64,000 nt of DNA from an uncultured Verrucomicrobiae bacterium (GCA_963756875.1 CAVWPA010000003.1:1440001-1504000), one strand, 5' to 3'; shown: positions 39,644-50,318, numbered from the stretch's first letter. The notes: generated by a model not told the origin, from the letters alone. Numbers and translations: made by a program.

Positions 39644-41143
39644 TCAGGCGCGCCGGCGCCACCAAACCGCCGTCCCCAGAACCACAAAAATCAGCGGGAT
39701 GAAAACAAGAATAACCCAGCGCACACCGCGCAACGCATTTGCATCGAGAGTAAAAGTGAGCGTTTGCGGCACCTTGGGCGCGATCCCGATAAGCTGCTCG
39801 CGGCTCAGCAGCCAGTTGATGCTCGCCGATACGAAGTCGAGGGCCTGCTGGTCCTGCGTGAGCGCCTTGTCCTGGACGAAGGTTGCGTTGCTTACCACCA
39901 CCATGCGCGCTGAATTCATCTGCACCCGCTCGTCGGCGCTGCCGCCTTTCTCGATCGATACGCCGACGATTATCGGAGCCCCCGTGCTCTGGTTCGCGTC
40001 GGCCTGCAGCTTCGTCTGGTCCCTCGACTCATAGTCGCGTTCCGCGAAATAACCCTTCTGCGCCTGGATCAGCGGTGTGAGGCGAATGTTGGCCGCGCGC
40101 ACTCGTTGCGGCTCAAGTGTCAACGAAGAGGTGCCGCCAAAAAACAACGCCTGCACTCCCGCCAGCCGTTTCGTGATCGGGCTGCCTGCAAGAAAATGGC
40201 CCTGCACGTCGCGCGTAAGAGCGATTTCTTCGATGCCGGTTTTCAGAAATGCCAGCAACCGATCGTCGTTCACTCTTACGCCGGCCTCGTTGAGAAATGC
40301 GTCGAGCTTCGGCGTCTTCGCCGCCGGATCGATCAGGAACAAAATCCGGCCCTGCTTGTTCCAGAAATCGCGAAGCAACTTCATCTCACGATCGGAGAAA
40401 TCGGACCGAGGCCCGTCAACAACGATGGCTTTCATCCCGGCAGGAATCGCGCCGACATTGAAAAGGTTCAGCTCCTGAAACTTGACGTTCTCGTTCTCGA
40501 TGAACGTTTTCAAGATCGAGACCGGGCTCTGACCGGGGCCGGTGACAGGTGGTTCCCGGTGTCCGGTCACGTAGCCGACAATGTTCTTCTTGCCTTCCAC
40601 CAGGTCCATCATGGCGCTGGTGATTGCTTGCTCGCCTTTGAACGCTGTTACCCGTGGGCCTTCGCCGAAAGCCACCCCGCTTTGATCGATGTCGGCCATC
40701 TCCGACGCTTTGACGGTCTTGTTGCGCCCGTTGTAATCGATCACCAGCAGGCTCTCGTCGCTCACTACCTTGTACTTGTCGAACATCTCTTTTGCCCGGG
40801 TGAGATCGCGCGTCGGATCGATGTACTCGATATCGATTTTTTCCCTGGCCGCGTACTGGTATTCCGTCAACAGATTCTGCGCGTCGGTGGTAATCGGCGT
40901 ATTCGGCGAGAAAAAGACTGTGATGCGCATTTTCCCCTTGATCGTTTTGAGGAAACGCTTCGTTTTGTCCGAGAGCGCATATTTCTGGTCGCGCGAAAAA
41001 TCCCAGCGCTTGTAATGCTTGAACGCAATCGAATTGACCATCAGCGCGAGAAACAACACCAAAAACACCTGCACCAGCACATTGAATCCAATCTGGATGC
41101 GGTGGATTTTTTTTGGTTTTGTCTGGTCCTTCTCCGTCGCCAT
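39644..41143 (-). CDS. GldG-family ABC transporter auxiliary component
   Basis: RWDFSRDQKYALSDKT, EYIDP, GEQAITSA, GYVTGHRE, SINWL, C-terminal TM + WWRRR. Confidence 0.85.
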   Translation of the reverse strand: MATEKDQTKPKKIHRIQIGFNVLVQVFLVLFLALMVNSIAFKHYKRWDFSRDQKYALSDKTKRFLKTIKGKMRITVFFSPNTPITTDAQNLLTEYQYAAREKIDIEYIDPTRDLTRAKEMFDKYKVVSDESLLVIDYNGRNKTVKASEMADIDQSGVAFGEGPRVTAFKGEQAITSAMMDLVEGKKNIVGYVTGHREPPVTGPGQSPVSILKTFIENENVKFQELNLFNVGAIPAGMKAIVVDGPRSDFSDREMKLLRDFWNKQGRILFLIDPAAKTPKLDAFLNEAGVRVNDDRLLAFLKTGIEEIALTRDVQGHFLAGSPITKRLAGVQALFFGGTSSLTLEPQRVRAANIRLTPLIQAQKGYFAERDYESRDQTKLQADANQSTGAPIIVGVSIEKGGSADERVQMNSARMVVVSNATFVQDKALTQDQQALDFVSASINWLLSREQLIGIAPKVPQTLTFTLDANALRGVRWVILVFIPLIFVVLGTAVWWRRRA

Positions 41144-41898
41144 CACACCCTCCATTTGCGCGATTGAAACGCCTGATGCGTGAGCGTCAGCAGAACGATC
41201 GTCATACTCACATAGAAAACGATGGGGCGCGTATCGATTATCCCGCGCGAGAATGTGCCCATGTGTTCAATGGCCGAGAAGTAACCGAGCAACTCGCGAG
41301 TCGTTGAACTGATATCGAGAAGAATGAATTGAATGAGGCCGAGAAAGAAAAGGAGCGTAATGGTGCAAAAGGAAATGATCGCGGCCACGATCTGATTTTT
41401 TGTCAGCACGGACGCAAGGCAGCCGACGGAAATATAGAACATTCCAAGCAACAAAAGCATCAGATAAGACCCCCAATAGGCGCCCGCGGAGTTGGCCGCC
41501 GGTTGATGGGTGATCTTCTGGAAGATGGCAAAGTAAAGCGCGGTGGGAAGCCAGAGGATGATGTAGAAAACAAGCGCCCCGAAGAACTTCGCGAGAACGA
41601 CCTGCCAATCCCGCACCGGGGCGGTGGTGAGAGGTTCGATCGTGCCGAGCTTAAACTCCTCCGCAAAAAGGCGCATCGTGATCAGCGGAAAAATCAGGAC
41701 GAACGCGAACCAGAAAAAGACGGAGTTAAAAAATGCTTCCTCCACGGTGTAATCGATCGGGCGCTGGTTCATGAACGAAATCTGAAAATAAAAATCGACC
41801 CCGCTGACCAGCAGGAAGAACACGAGAACGATGTAAGCGATTGGAGAGTAGAAGTAGCTCCGTATTTCGCGGGAAAGAAGTGTGTAGAACTTACGCAT
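41143..41898 (-). CDS. ABC-2 permease, GldF-like
   Basis: REIRSYFYSPIAY, ITMRLFAEEFKLGTIEPL.TAP, LTKNQIVAA, FSRGIIDTR. Confidence 0.9.
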   Translation of the reverse strand: MRKFYTLLSREIRSYFYSPIAYIVLVFFLLVSGVDFYFQISFMNQRPIDYTVEEAFFNSVFFWFAFVLIFPLITMRLFAEEFKLGTIEPLTTAPVRDWQVVLAKFFGALVFYIILWLPTALYFAIFQKITHQPAANSAGAYWGSYLMLLLLGMFYISVGCLASVLTKNQIVAAIISFCTITLLFFLGLIQFILLDISSTTRELLGYFSAIEHMGTFSRGIIDTRPIVFYVSMTIVLLTLTHQAFQSRKWRV

Positions 41899-41904
41899 GG
41901 GCTC

Positions 41905-42071
41905 GGAGCGTTGGAGTCGTGGAGTTTTGGAGTGATGGAGTAGTGATGTATTCCTCCGGGTCCTCGGCGATGCGGGCGATCACACCGCATCGATCACGAG
42001 CATGAGCATGAGCATGAGCATGAGCACTGTGCTGCATTCGACGTTGGGCGTTGGAAGTTGGACGTTGAGCG
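41905..42071. repeat. Three adjacent short tandem repeat tracts (8-mer x5, GAGCAT x5, 7-mer x5)
   Basis: GGAGxxxT x5 (41905-41944); GAGCAT x4 + GAGCAC (41998-42027); TTCGACG TTGGGCG TTGGAAG TTGGACG TTGAGCG (42037-42071). Confidence 0.8.
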
Positions 42072-42087
42072 TTTGCTTCTTGCATCT

Positions 42088-43023
42088 TTAGATTTCGTCC
42101 GGATGGGTCAGTTCGACGAACACGTCTTCGAGCGTGGCGCGGCGCTGCGTCAACTCACGCACCGTCCAATGCCGCGCGGTCGCGAGCCGGAAGATTTCCT
42201 CGCGTAAGTCCACTCCCGATTCCACTCGTAACGAGAAGAGTTTCCAATCGCCATCGACATCCGTCGTCACGTCGCGCACCCCGGAGATTTTTTGCAATTC
42301 CTCGGCGCCGTCATCGTTCCCGACTTTCGCTTCGACAACCACGCCGCCCGCGCGCCGGATTTTTCCGAGCAGGTTTCCCGGAGTATCACACGCCTCGATT
42401 CGTCCTTTGTGGATGATAATGACCCGGCTGCAAGTCATCTCCACCTCCGGTAAAATATGTGTCGAAAGCAAAATGGTGTGCTGTTTGCCCAGGTTCTTGA
42501 TCAGCTCGCGCACCTGTCGGATTTGGTTTGGGTCGAGACCGATCGTTGGTTCGTCGAGAATCAGAAGATCCGGCTCGTGCAACAGCGCGTCCGCCAGGCC
42601 GACACGCTGGCGATAACCCTTCGATAATGTGCCGATTATCTTTTTCTCCACGTCCTTGAGCCCGCAAAGCTCTTTCACGTCGCCTACGCGTTCCGCTACT
42701 TTGCGATGCGGCACGTCTTTTAGCGCCGCGCGATAATCGAGGTACTCGGTCACGCGCATATCATTATAGAGAGGCACGCTTTCCGGCATGTAACCGAGGT
42801 GCGCGCGCGCCTGGAGCGATTGGTCGAAAATGTCGAAGCCGGCGATCGACGCCCGGCCGGACGTGGCGGGCATGAACCCGGCCAGGATGCGCATGGTCGT
42901 TGTTTTGCCCGCGCCGTTCGGGCCGAGGAACCCCATGATTTCGCCCTGACCGACCTCGAAGCTTAAATCTTTGATGGCGGTATGGCCTGCGTAACGCTTG
43001 GTAAGATTTTCGACTTTAATCAT
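42088..43023 (-). CDS. ABC transporter ATP-binding protein, GldA-like
   Basis: GPNGAGKTT, LSKGYRQRVGLA, LILDEPTIGLDP, STHILPEV. Confidence 0.93.
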   Translation of the reverse strand: MIKVENLTKRYAGHTAIKDLSFEVGQGEIMGFLGPNGAGKTTTMRILAGFMPATSGRASIAGFDIFDQSLQARAHLGYMPESVPLYNDMRVTEYLDYRAALKDVPHRKVAERVGDVKELCGLKDVEKKIIGTLSKGYRQRVGLADALLHEPDLLILDEPTIGLDPNQIRQVRELIKNLGKQHTILLSTHILPEVEMTCSRVIIIHKGRIEACDTPGNLLGKIRRAGGVVVEAKVGNDDGAEELQKISGVRDVTTDVDGDWKLFSLRVESGVDLREEIFRLATARHWTVRELTQRRATLEDVFVELTHPDEI

Positions 43024-43087
43024 TGCCAATTCTTTGATGAGACAACCGAAACGCTCTGGCGTTGGCGAAAATTTTTTCTAAAATTAT

Positions 43088-44302
43088 TTAGCGCGCTGTC
43101 AACCGCACGGTCTCGATTCGATGTTGAGCGCCATTGGAACGGACCACGCCCACCGCGAAATCGACATTCGATCCACTCTTCACCGCGCTGAGTAAATGTT
43201 CAACCTGTGCGACCGAATTGACCTCCTGCTGACCCACCCGGTAAATCACAAGGCCCCGTTCGATTCCCACTTCGTCGGCGGGGCTGTCGGGCTCCACGGA
43301 GCTCACCAGTACGCCATGGCCGCGCGCGTATCCAAGCGCGTCGGCCAGTTCTCCGGTCAGATCCTGTAACTGCATCCCGAAGAAACGTTCGGTGTTGGAT
43401 GCCGCTGTCGTTTCGGCTGCCGGTTTCTCGTTAGGCGGCGGCTGTTTCTCGGCTATTTTTTTAAATCGGGCGACGCTTTCTCGCACTATGCTTGCCGGGA
43501 TGGCAAAGCCGAGTCCCTGAGTTGGAATTCCCTGAGGAGTGAAAGCCATCTTCGCGGAGCTGATGCCGACAAGCCGCCCCGAAATGTCGATGAGCGGGCC
43601 ACCGCTGTTCCCCGGATTGATCGCGGCATCCGTCTGCACCAAATCTTTGTACTGGGTGTTCTCCACGACGATGTTGCGGTTGGTTGCGCTTAATACGCCG
43701 CGGCTGATCGAGCTGCCGTAACCGACTGCGTTGCCCACCACGATCACGGTTTCGCCCAGCAGGTTTGGTGAAATGTTATCGAGATTGATAAATGGGAACG
43801 GCCCTTTCGCGTCGATCTTAATAAATGCCAGGTCCTTCTTGTCGTCGCCGGTGATGTAATGTGCCTTGTACGTTTTACCGTCATTCGTCGTGACCTGTAT
43901 TTTCAAATCGGCGGCCCGCTCGACCACGTGCTGGTTGGTGACGATGTAGCCCGCCGGGTCGACGATGAAACCTGAGCCGAGGCTTTGCAGAGTCTGGCGA
44001 ATCTCCCGGGGACGGCTCCGGTAATACCCAAAGAATTGCGCGTAGAAATCGTCGAAAGGATCGCGCACCGTGCGCCGGACGACTCGCTCGGTGTCGATAT
44101 TCACAACTGCGGGAAGAACTTTTGCCACCGCTCGAACAACCGGCTCGGCTGCCGGGTCGGTTTGCGCGAACGAAGGGATTCGATGCGGTAAAGAGGAGAG
44201 CTGGCTGAGAAGATCGCGCGGGCATGCACCCGATTCGGGTAGCGCACGCGCTCTCGCGTGCCGGCGCTGCGCGTCCTCGCGCTCGCGAACTTTTCTTGGC
44301 AT
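43088..44302 (-). CDS. HtrA/DegP-family trypsin-like serine protease with a PDZ domain
   Basis: LGSGFIV, TNQHVV, DLAFIKI, QTDAAINPGNSGGPL; C-terminal PDZ. The 5' end is unreliable (repeat element and probable indels). Confidence 0.9.
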   Translation of the reverse strand: MPRKVREREDAQRRHARARALPESGACPRDLLSQLSSLPHRIPSFAQTDPAAEPVVRAVAKVLPAVVNIDTERVVRRTVRDPFDDFYAQFFGYYRSRPREIRQTLQSLGSGFIVDPAGYIVTNQHVVERAADLKIQVTTNDGKTYKAHYITGDDKKDLAFIKIDAKGPFPFINLDNISPNLLGETVIVVGNAVGYGSSISRGVLSATNRNIVVENTQYKDLVQTDAAINPGNSGGPLIDISGRLVGISSAKMAFTPQGIPTQGLGFAIPASIVRESVARFKKIAEKQPPPNEKPAAETTAASNTERFFGMQLQDLTGELADALGYARGHGVLVSSVEPDSPADEVGIERGLVIYRVGQQEVNSVAQVEHLLSAVKSGSNVDFAVGVVRSNGAQHRIETVRLTAR

Positions 44303-44403
44303 GCGAAGCGGAATTTTGTCGTCCGATGGAGCCGAAAACCGGACGGGAAGTTCGTCCCAGCGGGACGCCGGGACAGCGCGCGAGATCGCGTCGCGCTGAC
44401 CGG
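44236..44403. repeat. MITE/REP-like long imperfect inverted repeat
   Basis: CGGGTAGCGCACGCGCTCTCGCGTG...GCGAACTT is mirrored imperfectly by AAGTTCGT...GCGCGAGATCGCGTCGCGCTGACCG. Confidence 0.55.
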
Positions 44404-44532
44404 GAGTGCCGCGCTAATCGCGCGCAACGATCCAAACATTTCCAAAGCCGTCATGCATTGCGAAGCAAGTAACGAGGCTGCGTCGGGACTGTCAACTTGC
44501 CGCTCCACGTAATGGGCGCAGATTAAATCATA

Positions 44533-47319
44533 ATGCACACTTCAATCGCGGCCCGGGCAAATCTGGAGCTGATAGAAGAAAATTACCGGCGTTGGCAGGC
44601 GGATCCCGATTCGGTCGACTCAGGTTGGTCGGCATTTTTCGAGGGGTTCGAGCTTGGGAACCTGCCTCAGCGAAATGGCGCGGCGGTTGGTGCTGCACCG
44701 CGCCAGCGCGGCGTTCGTGAGAGCCCGCTGCAAACGCGCATCGACGGGCTGGTCTACGCCTATCGCACGCTTGGTCATACCATCGCGCGCGTCAATCCAC
44801 TCGCCGAGAAGCGTCCGGAAAATCCGTTGCTAGCTCTGCGCGAACTCGGTTTCAGCGAAAAGGACCTCGATCTTCGCGTTTCGTCGAAGTTCTTCCTCGA
44901 CAACAAAGAGATGACGTTGCGCGAGATGATCGCCCGCCTGGAAAGAATTTATGCCGACACCATCGGCGCCGAGTTTATGCACATCCAGAACACGCGTATT
45001 CGCAACTGGGTGCGGCACCGACTGGAATCGCGGCCCGACAAGCATTCCACTCCGCGTCAGGTGCAGGTGGCGTTGTTGCGCGCGTTGCTCGAGGCCGAAT
45101 CGTTCGAGATCTTTTTGCACTCGCGCTACGTCGGCCAGAAACGCTTCTCGCTACAGGGTGCCGAGTCGTTGATGGTGATTCTCGATACGATCCTTCACAA
45201 ATGCCCTGGTTCGGGCATCGAAGAAATCTGCATGGGGATGGCCCATCGCGGCCGTCTGAACGTGCTGGCAAATCTTTTGAAGAAATCGCTGCGTGTGATC
45301 TTCACCGAGTTTAGCGACAATTATATCCCTAACCTGGTGTCCGGCGACGGCGACGTAAAATATCACCTTGGGTATCGGACCGTTCGAAAGCTTTCGTCAG
45401 GCGCGGAAGTGGAGATTCGCCTCTCCGCAAACCCGAGCCACCTCGAAGCGGTTGATCCGGTTGTCGAAGGCACCGCGCGCGCACGCCAGCGGATCCGCGG
45501 CGACATCGAACATCGCCGCAAGGTCCTGCCGCTTCTGATCCATGGCGACGCGGCTTTTGCGGGGCAGGGGATTGTCGCGGAGACATTGAACATGTCGCAA
45601 CTGGAAGGTTACGGAACCGGCGGCACCGTCCACGTAGTGGTGAACAATCAGATCGGCTTCACGACACTTCCCGAAGACGCGCGCTCGTCGCTGTACGCCA
45701 CCGACATCGCAAAAATGATCGAGGCGCCGATTTTTCATGTGAACGGCGATGATCCCCTTGCGAACATGTTCGTTAGTCAGCTGGCGCTCGATTTTCGCCA
45801 GGAATTCGGGCGCGACGTTTTCATCGACATGTATTGCTATCGCCGTTACGGGCACAACGAGGGCGACGAGCCGGCGTTCACTCAGCCCGATCTCTACGCC
45901 AGGATCGACAAGCGCCCGTCGGTCACGCAGTTGTACAAACGCGAGCTTCTCGAAGCTGGAACGCTGACTGACGACGACGCGGCGTCTCTCGAAACGGAGT
46001 TCGATCTCCGGCTGGAGATGGCGCTCGATCGTGTAAAGGCGATCGAGAAAGAGAAAGCAGGCAAGCAGGCGAGATTCATAGAATCCACTGCTGTCTTTCA
46101 ACCGGAATACAGCAGCCTTTCGGGACCGACCGCAATCAGCGAGGAGATGCTAAAGACGATCGTCGCCGGCCTGGTGCGCGTGCCGGACGATTTCGACGTT
46201 CAGCCGAAGATCAAACGGATCGTGCTCGAATATCGGCGCAAAGTTTTCGAGGAAGGCGGGCCGTATGAATGGCATTACGCCGAGTTGCTGGCCCTGGGCT
46301 CGCTTCTGCTGGAGGGGATTCCAGTGAGATTGTCCGGGCAGGACAGCGCGCGCGGGACTTTCAGCACGCGGCACGCGATCCTTTACGACGCAAAGACCGG
46401 CGCGCCGTACGTGCCACTCATGCATCTGGGTGAAAAACCCTCCTCCGCCGAGGCTACGGCGGGCAGGCAGGCGCGCATCTGCATTTATAACAGTCCGCTC
46501 TCGGAATCCGCTGTTCTTGGATTCGACTATGGATACTCGCTCAATTATCCCGACTTGTTGTGTTTGTGGGAAGCGCAGTTCGGCGATTTTGCCAACGGCG
46601 CGCAAACAATTATCGATCAGTTCATTGTTTCGGCGGAATCAAAGTGGCAGCGGCCCAGCGGGATCGTATTGCTTCTGCCGCACGGTTATGAAGGCCAGGG
46701 ACCGGAGCATTCCAGTGCGCGGCTCGAACGTTTTCTGCAGCTTTGCGCCGAGGACAACATCCAGGTTTGCAATCTAACGACTGCTGCCCAGTACTTTCAC
46801 GTTTTACGGCGCCAGATGAAACGCAACTTCATCAAGCCGCTGGTCATCATGACGCCTAAAAGTTTGCTGCGCGCGAAGTTCGCGTCTTCTCCGGCGGAGG
46901 AATTCATCAATGGCCGGTTCGAGGAAATTCTCGGTTCGTCTGGCACAGTGGGTTCCGCCGGCAAAATGAAGCGGATCATCCTTTGTTCCGGCAAGGTGTA
47001 TTACGACCTGGTCGATTACCGAACCAAACGAAAGATTAACAATGCGGCCATCATTCGCATCGAGCAGCTTTATCCGCTCGCGGAGAAAAAGCTTCGCGAA
47101 ATGCTCAAGCCGTTTCCGAAAGGCGCGAAACTCATTTGGTGCCAGGAAGAACCGCGAAACATGGGCGCGTGGAGCTTCATCGAGCCGCGGCTGCGCACCA
47201 TGTTCTGCCGTGACATCGCGTATGCGGGACGCAGCGCCAGCGCCAGTCCTGCCGTCGGCGCGCTGGCCCGGCACAAGCGCGAACAGGCGACGCTCATCGC
47301 CGACGCGTTTTCGCTTTAA
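44533..47319 (+). CDS. sucA: 2-oxoglutarate dehydrogenase E1
   Basis: GQKRFSLQG, GMAHRGRLNVL, GDVKYHLG, NPSHLE, HGDAAFAGQG, RLSGQD, LWEAQFGDF, LPHGYEGQGPEHSSAR. Confidence 0.97.
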   Translation: MHTSIAARANLELIEENYRRWQADPDSVDSGWSAFFEGFELGNLPQRNGAAVGAAPRQRGVRESPLQTRIDGLVYAYRTLGHTIARVNPLAEKRPENPLLALRELGFSEKDLDLRVSSKFFLDNKEMTLREMIARLERIYADTIGAEFMHIQNTRIRNWVRHRLESRPDKHSTPRQVQVALLRALLEAESFEIFLHSRYVGQKRFSLQGAESLMVILDTILHKCPGSGIEEICMGMAHRGRLNVLANLLKKSLRVIFTEFSDNYIPNLVSGDGDVKYHLGYRTVRKLSSGAEVEIRLSANPSHLEAVDPVVEGTARARQRIRGDIEHRRKVLPLLIHGDAAFAGQGIVAETLNMSQLEGYGTGGTVHVVVNNQIGFTTLPEDARSSLYATDIAKMIEAPIFHVNGDDPLANMFVSQLALDFRQEFGRDVFIDMYCYRRYGHNEGDEPAFTQPDLYARIDKRPSVTQLYKRELLEAGTLTDDDAASLETEFDLRLEMALDRVKAIEKEKAGKQARFIESTAVFQPEYSSLSGPTAISEEMLKTIVAGLVRVPDDFDVQPKIKRIVLEYRRKVFEEGGPYEWHYAELLALGSLLLEGIPVRLSGQDSARGTFSTRHAILYDAKTGAPYVPLMHLGEKPSSAEATAGRQARICIYNSPLSESAVLGFDYGYSLNYPDLLCLWEAQFGDFANGAQTIIDQFIVSAESKWQRPSGIVLLLPHGYEGQGPEHSSARLERFLQLCAEDNIQVCNLTTAAQYFHVLRRQMKRNFIKPLVIMTPKSLLRAKFASSPAEEFINGRFEEILGSSGTVGSAGKMKRIILCSGKVYYDLVDYRTKRKINNAAIIRIEQLYPLAEKKLREMLKPFPKGAKLIWCQEEPRNMGAWSFIEPRLRTMFCRDIAYAGRSASASPAVGALARHKREQATLIADAFSL

Positions 47320-47326
47320 GGATTGT

Positions 47327-47386
47327 TGTAGAGGCAGGCGTGTCGCCTGCAATCTTCTTAAAGCAGCCGACACGGCTGCCTCTACA
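47327..47386. repeat. GTAG-type REP doublet
   Basis: TGTAGAGGCAG...CTGCCTCTACA terminal inverted repeats with internal hairpins. Confidence 0.75.
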
Positions 47387-47488
47387 GCGCTCTCGCTGCC
47401 GATTTATGGTCGCTCTCACGCGTGTCATCCCGAGCGGAGCGAATGTTTGATTCGACCAGTGGTTTTTTCTGCGCTTAGTTAGGCGCAG

Positions 47489-48754
47489 ATGGCAATCGAA
47501 GTAAAAATTCCCGCAGTCGGCGAGTCGATCTCCAGCGGTATCGTGTCAGTCTGGCACAAAAAATCCGGTGATTTTGTCAATGCCGGCGACGCGCTTTTTA
47601 CCCTCGAGACCGACAAGGTTTCCACCGAGATCACGGCGGAAAAAGCAGGCCTGCTCGAAACAATGGTACCGGAAGGCCAGGAAGTGAAAATCGGCGAAGT
47701 GGTGGCCACGATCGACGATTCCAAAACAGCTCCTGCCCCTGTACCCGCCCCGAAAGCTTTCGGGGCTGACCGCGGCCAGCCCGCTAGCGCGCGGGCTGAA
47801 GAAGATCACAGAAAACCGGGGTCGGCGACCCCGGCTGCAGGCGCGCTTTCTCCTGCCGTGCGCCGAATCGTTGAGGAAGAACATATCGCACCGGCAAAAA
47901 TTTCCGGGACCGGCAGGGGCGGCCGCCTAACGAAAGGGGATGTCCTCGCCGCGACGGAGGAGAAATCTGAATCTGTAGGGGAAGCTGCCTCGCTCGCGAA
48001 GCCTTTCGGAGTTAGCTTCCCGTCGTCGGTCTCAGAAAATCGCCAATCCTCCGATGGCCGGTTTGTTCGCAAACGAATGTCGCCGTTGCGCCGCAAAATC
48101 GCGGCTCAACTGGTCATGGCGCAACATACCGCTGCCATTCTCACCACGTTCAACGAATGCGACATGACGGCCGTCCAGGAATTGCGCACAAAATCGCAGG
48201 AAGCATTCACAAAAAAGAACGGCGTAAAGCTGGGGTTCATGTCGTTCTTCATTAAAGCCTGCGTGGAAGCGCTGAAAACCGTGCCCGTAGTCAATGGCCG
48301 CATCGAGGACGAAGATTTCATTCAAAACAATTTCTACGACATTGGCGTGGCGGTAGGGACGGAACGCGGACTCATCGTGCCGGTGGTGCGCGACGCCGAT
48401 AAAAAGAGTTTTGCCGATCTGGAGCGGGACATCGCTGATTACGCGGCCAAGGCCCGCGAGGGAAAAGTGAAGATTGAAGATTTGCAGGGCGGTACATTCA
48501 CCATCTCCAACGGCGGAGTGTACGGCTCGCTATTGAGCACACCGATTTTGAATCCGCCACAGAGCGGAATTCTGGGCATGCACAAAATCATGCCGCGCCC
48601 GGTGGCAATCGACGGCAAGGTCGAAGTGCGCCCCATGATGTATCTCGCGCTCAGTTACGATCACCGCGCGGTGGACGGAAAAGAAGGGGTCGCGTTCCTC
48701 ATCAAAGTGAAGGAATGCATCGAGGACCCCAAAAATTTGCCCCTCGATTTCTAG
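47489..48754 (+). CDS. sucB: Dihydrolipoyllysine succinyltransferase (E2)
   Basis: Lipoyl motif LETDKV; E3-binding LSPAVRR...[41 protein letters not shown]. Confidence 0.96.
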   Translation: MAIEVKIPAVGESISSGIVSVWHKKSGDFVNAGDALFTLETDKVSTEITAEKAGLLETMVPEGQEVKIGEVVATIDDSKTAPAPVPAPKAFGADRGQPASARAEEDHRKPGSATPAAGALSPAVRRIVEEEHIAPAKISGTGRGGRLTKGDVLAATEEKSESVGEAASLAKPFGVSFPSSVSENRQSSDGRFVRKRMSPLRRKIAAQLVMAQHTAAILTTFNECDMTAVQELRTKSQEAFTKKNGVKLGFMSFFIKACVEALKTVPVVNGRIEDEDFIQNNFYDIGVAVGTERGLIVPVVRDADKKSFADLERDIADYAAKAREGKVKIEDLQGGTFTISNGGVYGSLLSTPILNPPQSGILGMHKIMPRPVAIDGKVEVRPMMYLALSYDHRAVDGKEGVAFLIKVKECIEDPKNLPLDF

Positions 48755-48832
48755 ACAGGCAGGGACAAACGCCGGTGTTAATGAGAGGGCAAAGTTGCAT
48801 CCGCGGATTTCTTCGGCGATTGCAGATCTGTT

Positions 48833-50267
48833 ATGTCGAGTGAAAGTGCCAGTCCGGCTCGGACAAAATTTGATGTTGTGATCATCGGCTCCGGCCCGGG
48901 CGGCTACGTTGCCGCGATTCGCGCCGGACAGCTTGGATTAAAGACGGCCATCGTTGAAAAAGACAAGGAACTTGGCGGCACTTGTCTGAACATCGGCTGC
49001 ATTCCGAGCAAAGCGCTCCTGACTTCGAGCGATCACTTCGTGTTCGCGAAAAAGGAAGCCGAGAAACACGGCATCGTGATCGATAACGTCCATGTCGATC
49101 TTCCGAAGATGCAGCAGCGCAAGGAAAAGGTGGTCAAAACGCTTACCGGCGGCGTGCGGGCGCTGATGAAAACCAACAAGGTCGTTACCTTCGAAGGGTT
49201 CGGCACCATCGTCGCGCCGGGAAAAGTGTCGGTTCAATCCTCAAAAGGCGACACGCAGGAAATTGAGACGACAAATATCGTGATCGCCACCGGCAGCGTG
49301 CCGGTTGAGCTGCCATTTGCGAAATTCGACGGCGAAACGATTGTCAGCAGCACGGAAGCTCTTTGCTTCACCGAAGCGCCGAAGAAATTTCTCGTCATTG
49401 GCGCAGGCGCGATTGGTCTTGAGCTCGGGTCGGTCTGGAACCGGCTCGGATCGGAAGTGACTATCCTCGAATTCTTGCCGCGCATCGCCATTGGGTTCGA
49501 TCTCGAGTTGTCGAACATGCTTCAACGGTCGCTCACCGCGCAGGGGATCACATTCCACCTCGAAGCCAAAGTGAGCGCGGTCAAAGTTGAGAACGGGCGC
49601 GTCACAGCCACGGCGACGAAAGGCAAGGAGGAATTGAAGTTCGAGGCGGACAAGGTGCTGGTGTCAGTCGGGCGCCGTCCGTTCAGCGAAGGCGTCGGCG
49701 CGGAAAAGATCGGTGTCGAATTCGATGAAAGAAAGCGGATCAAAGTGGACAAACAGTACCAAGACCAGCGTCGAAGGCATTTACGCCATTGGCGACGTGA
49801 TCGACGGCCCGATGCTGGCGCATAAGGCCGAAGACGAGGGGATTGCCTGCGTCGAAAATATCGCCGGCCAATCAGGCCACGTGAATTATGACGCGATCGC
49901 AGGAATCATTTACACGAATCCGGAGCTTGCCGGAGTCGGACTCACCGAAGATCAGGCGAAAGAAAAAAGCGTCGATGTGCGGATTGGAAAGTTTCCATTT
50001 CGCGCCAACGGCCGCGCGCTGGCGAACGACGAGCTCGACGGCGTGGTCAAGTTCGTGGCGGAGGCAAAGACCGACCGCGTTCTCGGCGTGCATATTTTGC
50101 AGCACGCGGCTTCGGAATTGATCGCTGAAGCCGTATCGGTCATTGAATTCGGAGGCAGCTCGGAAGATGTCGCGCGGACCTGTCATTCGCATCCGACGCT
50201 TAGCGAGGCAGTCAAAGAAGCAGCGATGAATGTGGAGAAACGCGCGCTGCACATCGTGAATCGGTAA
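48833..50267 (+). CDS. lpdA: Dihydrolipoyl dehydrogenase (E3), split by a +1 frameshift near 49760 (probable sequencing error)
   Basis: [33 protein letters not shown] in 48833..49825; IYAIGDV...MLAHKA...HSHPTLSEA in the other frame (49713..50267). Confidence 0.92.
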
Positions 50268-50318
50268 GGCGCGATTGGCGCCCGCTTGTCTCTGCGAAAC
50301 GGAACAAGGATGTTCGAT

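Noticed and set aside
40106..41167. Long antisense ORFs (e.g. 40106..41167 +, 18108..19013 -, 55146..56051 -, 2899..3699 +)
   Set aside because: They are shadows of well-supported genes on the opposite strand in GC-rich DNA and carry no recognisable motifs.
41905..42071. CRISPR array
   Set aside because: Units are 6-8 nt in direct tandem with no unique spacers, and there are no cas genes.
48833..50267. lpdA pseudogene or programmed frameshift
   Set aside because: Both halves are fully conserved, there is no slippery heptamer at the site, and similar +1 insertions recur elsewhere, so error is more likely.
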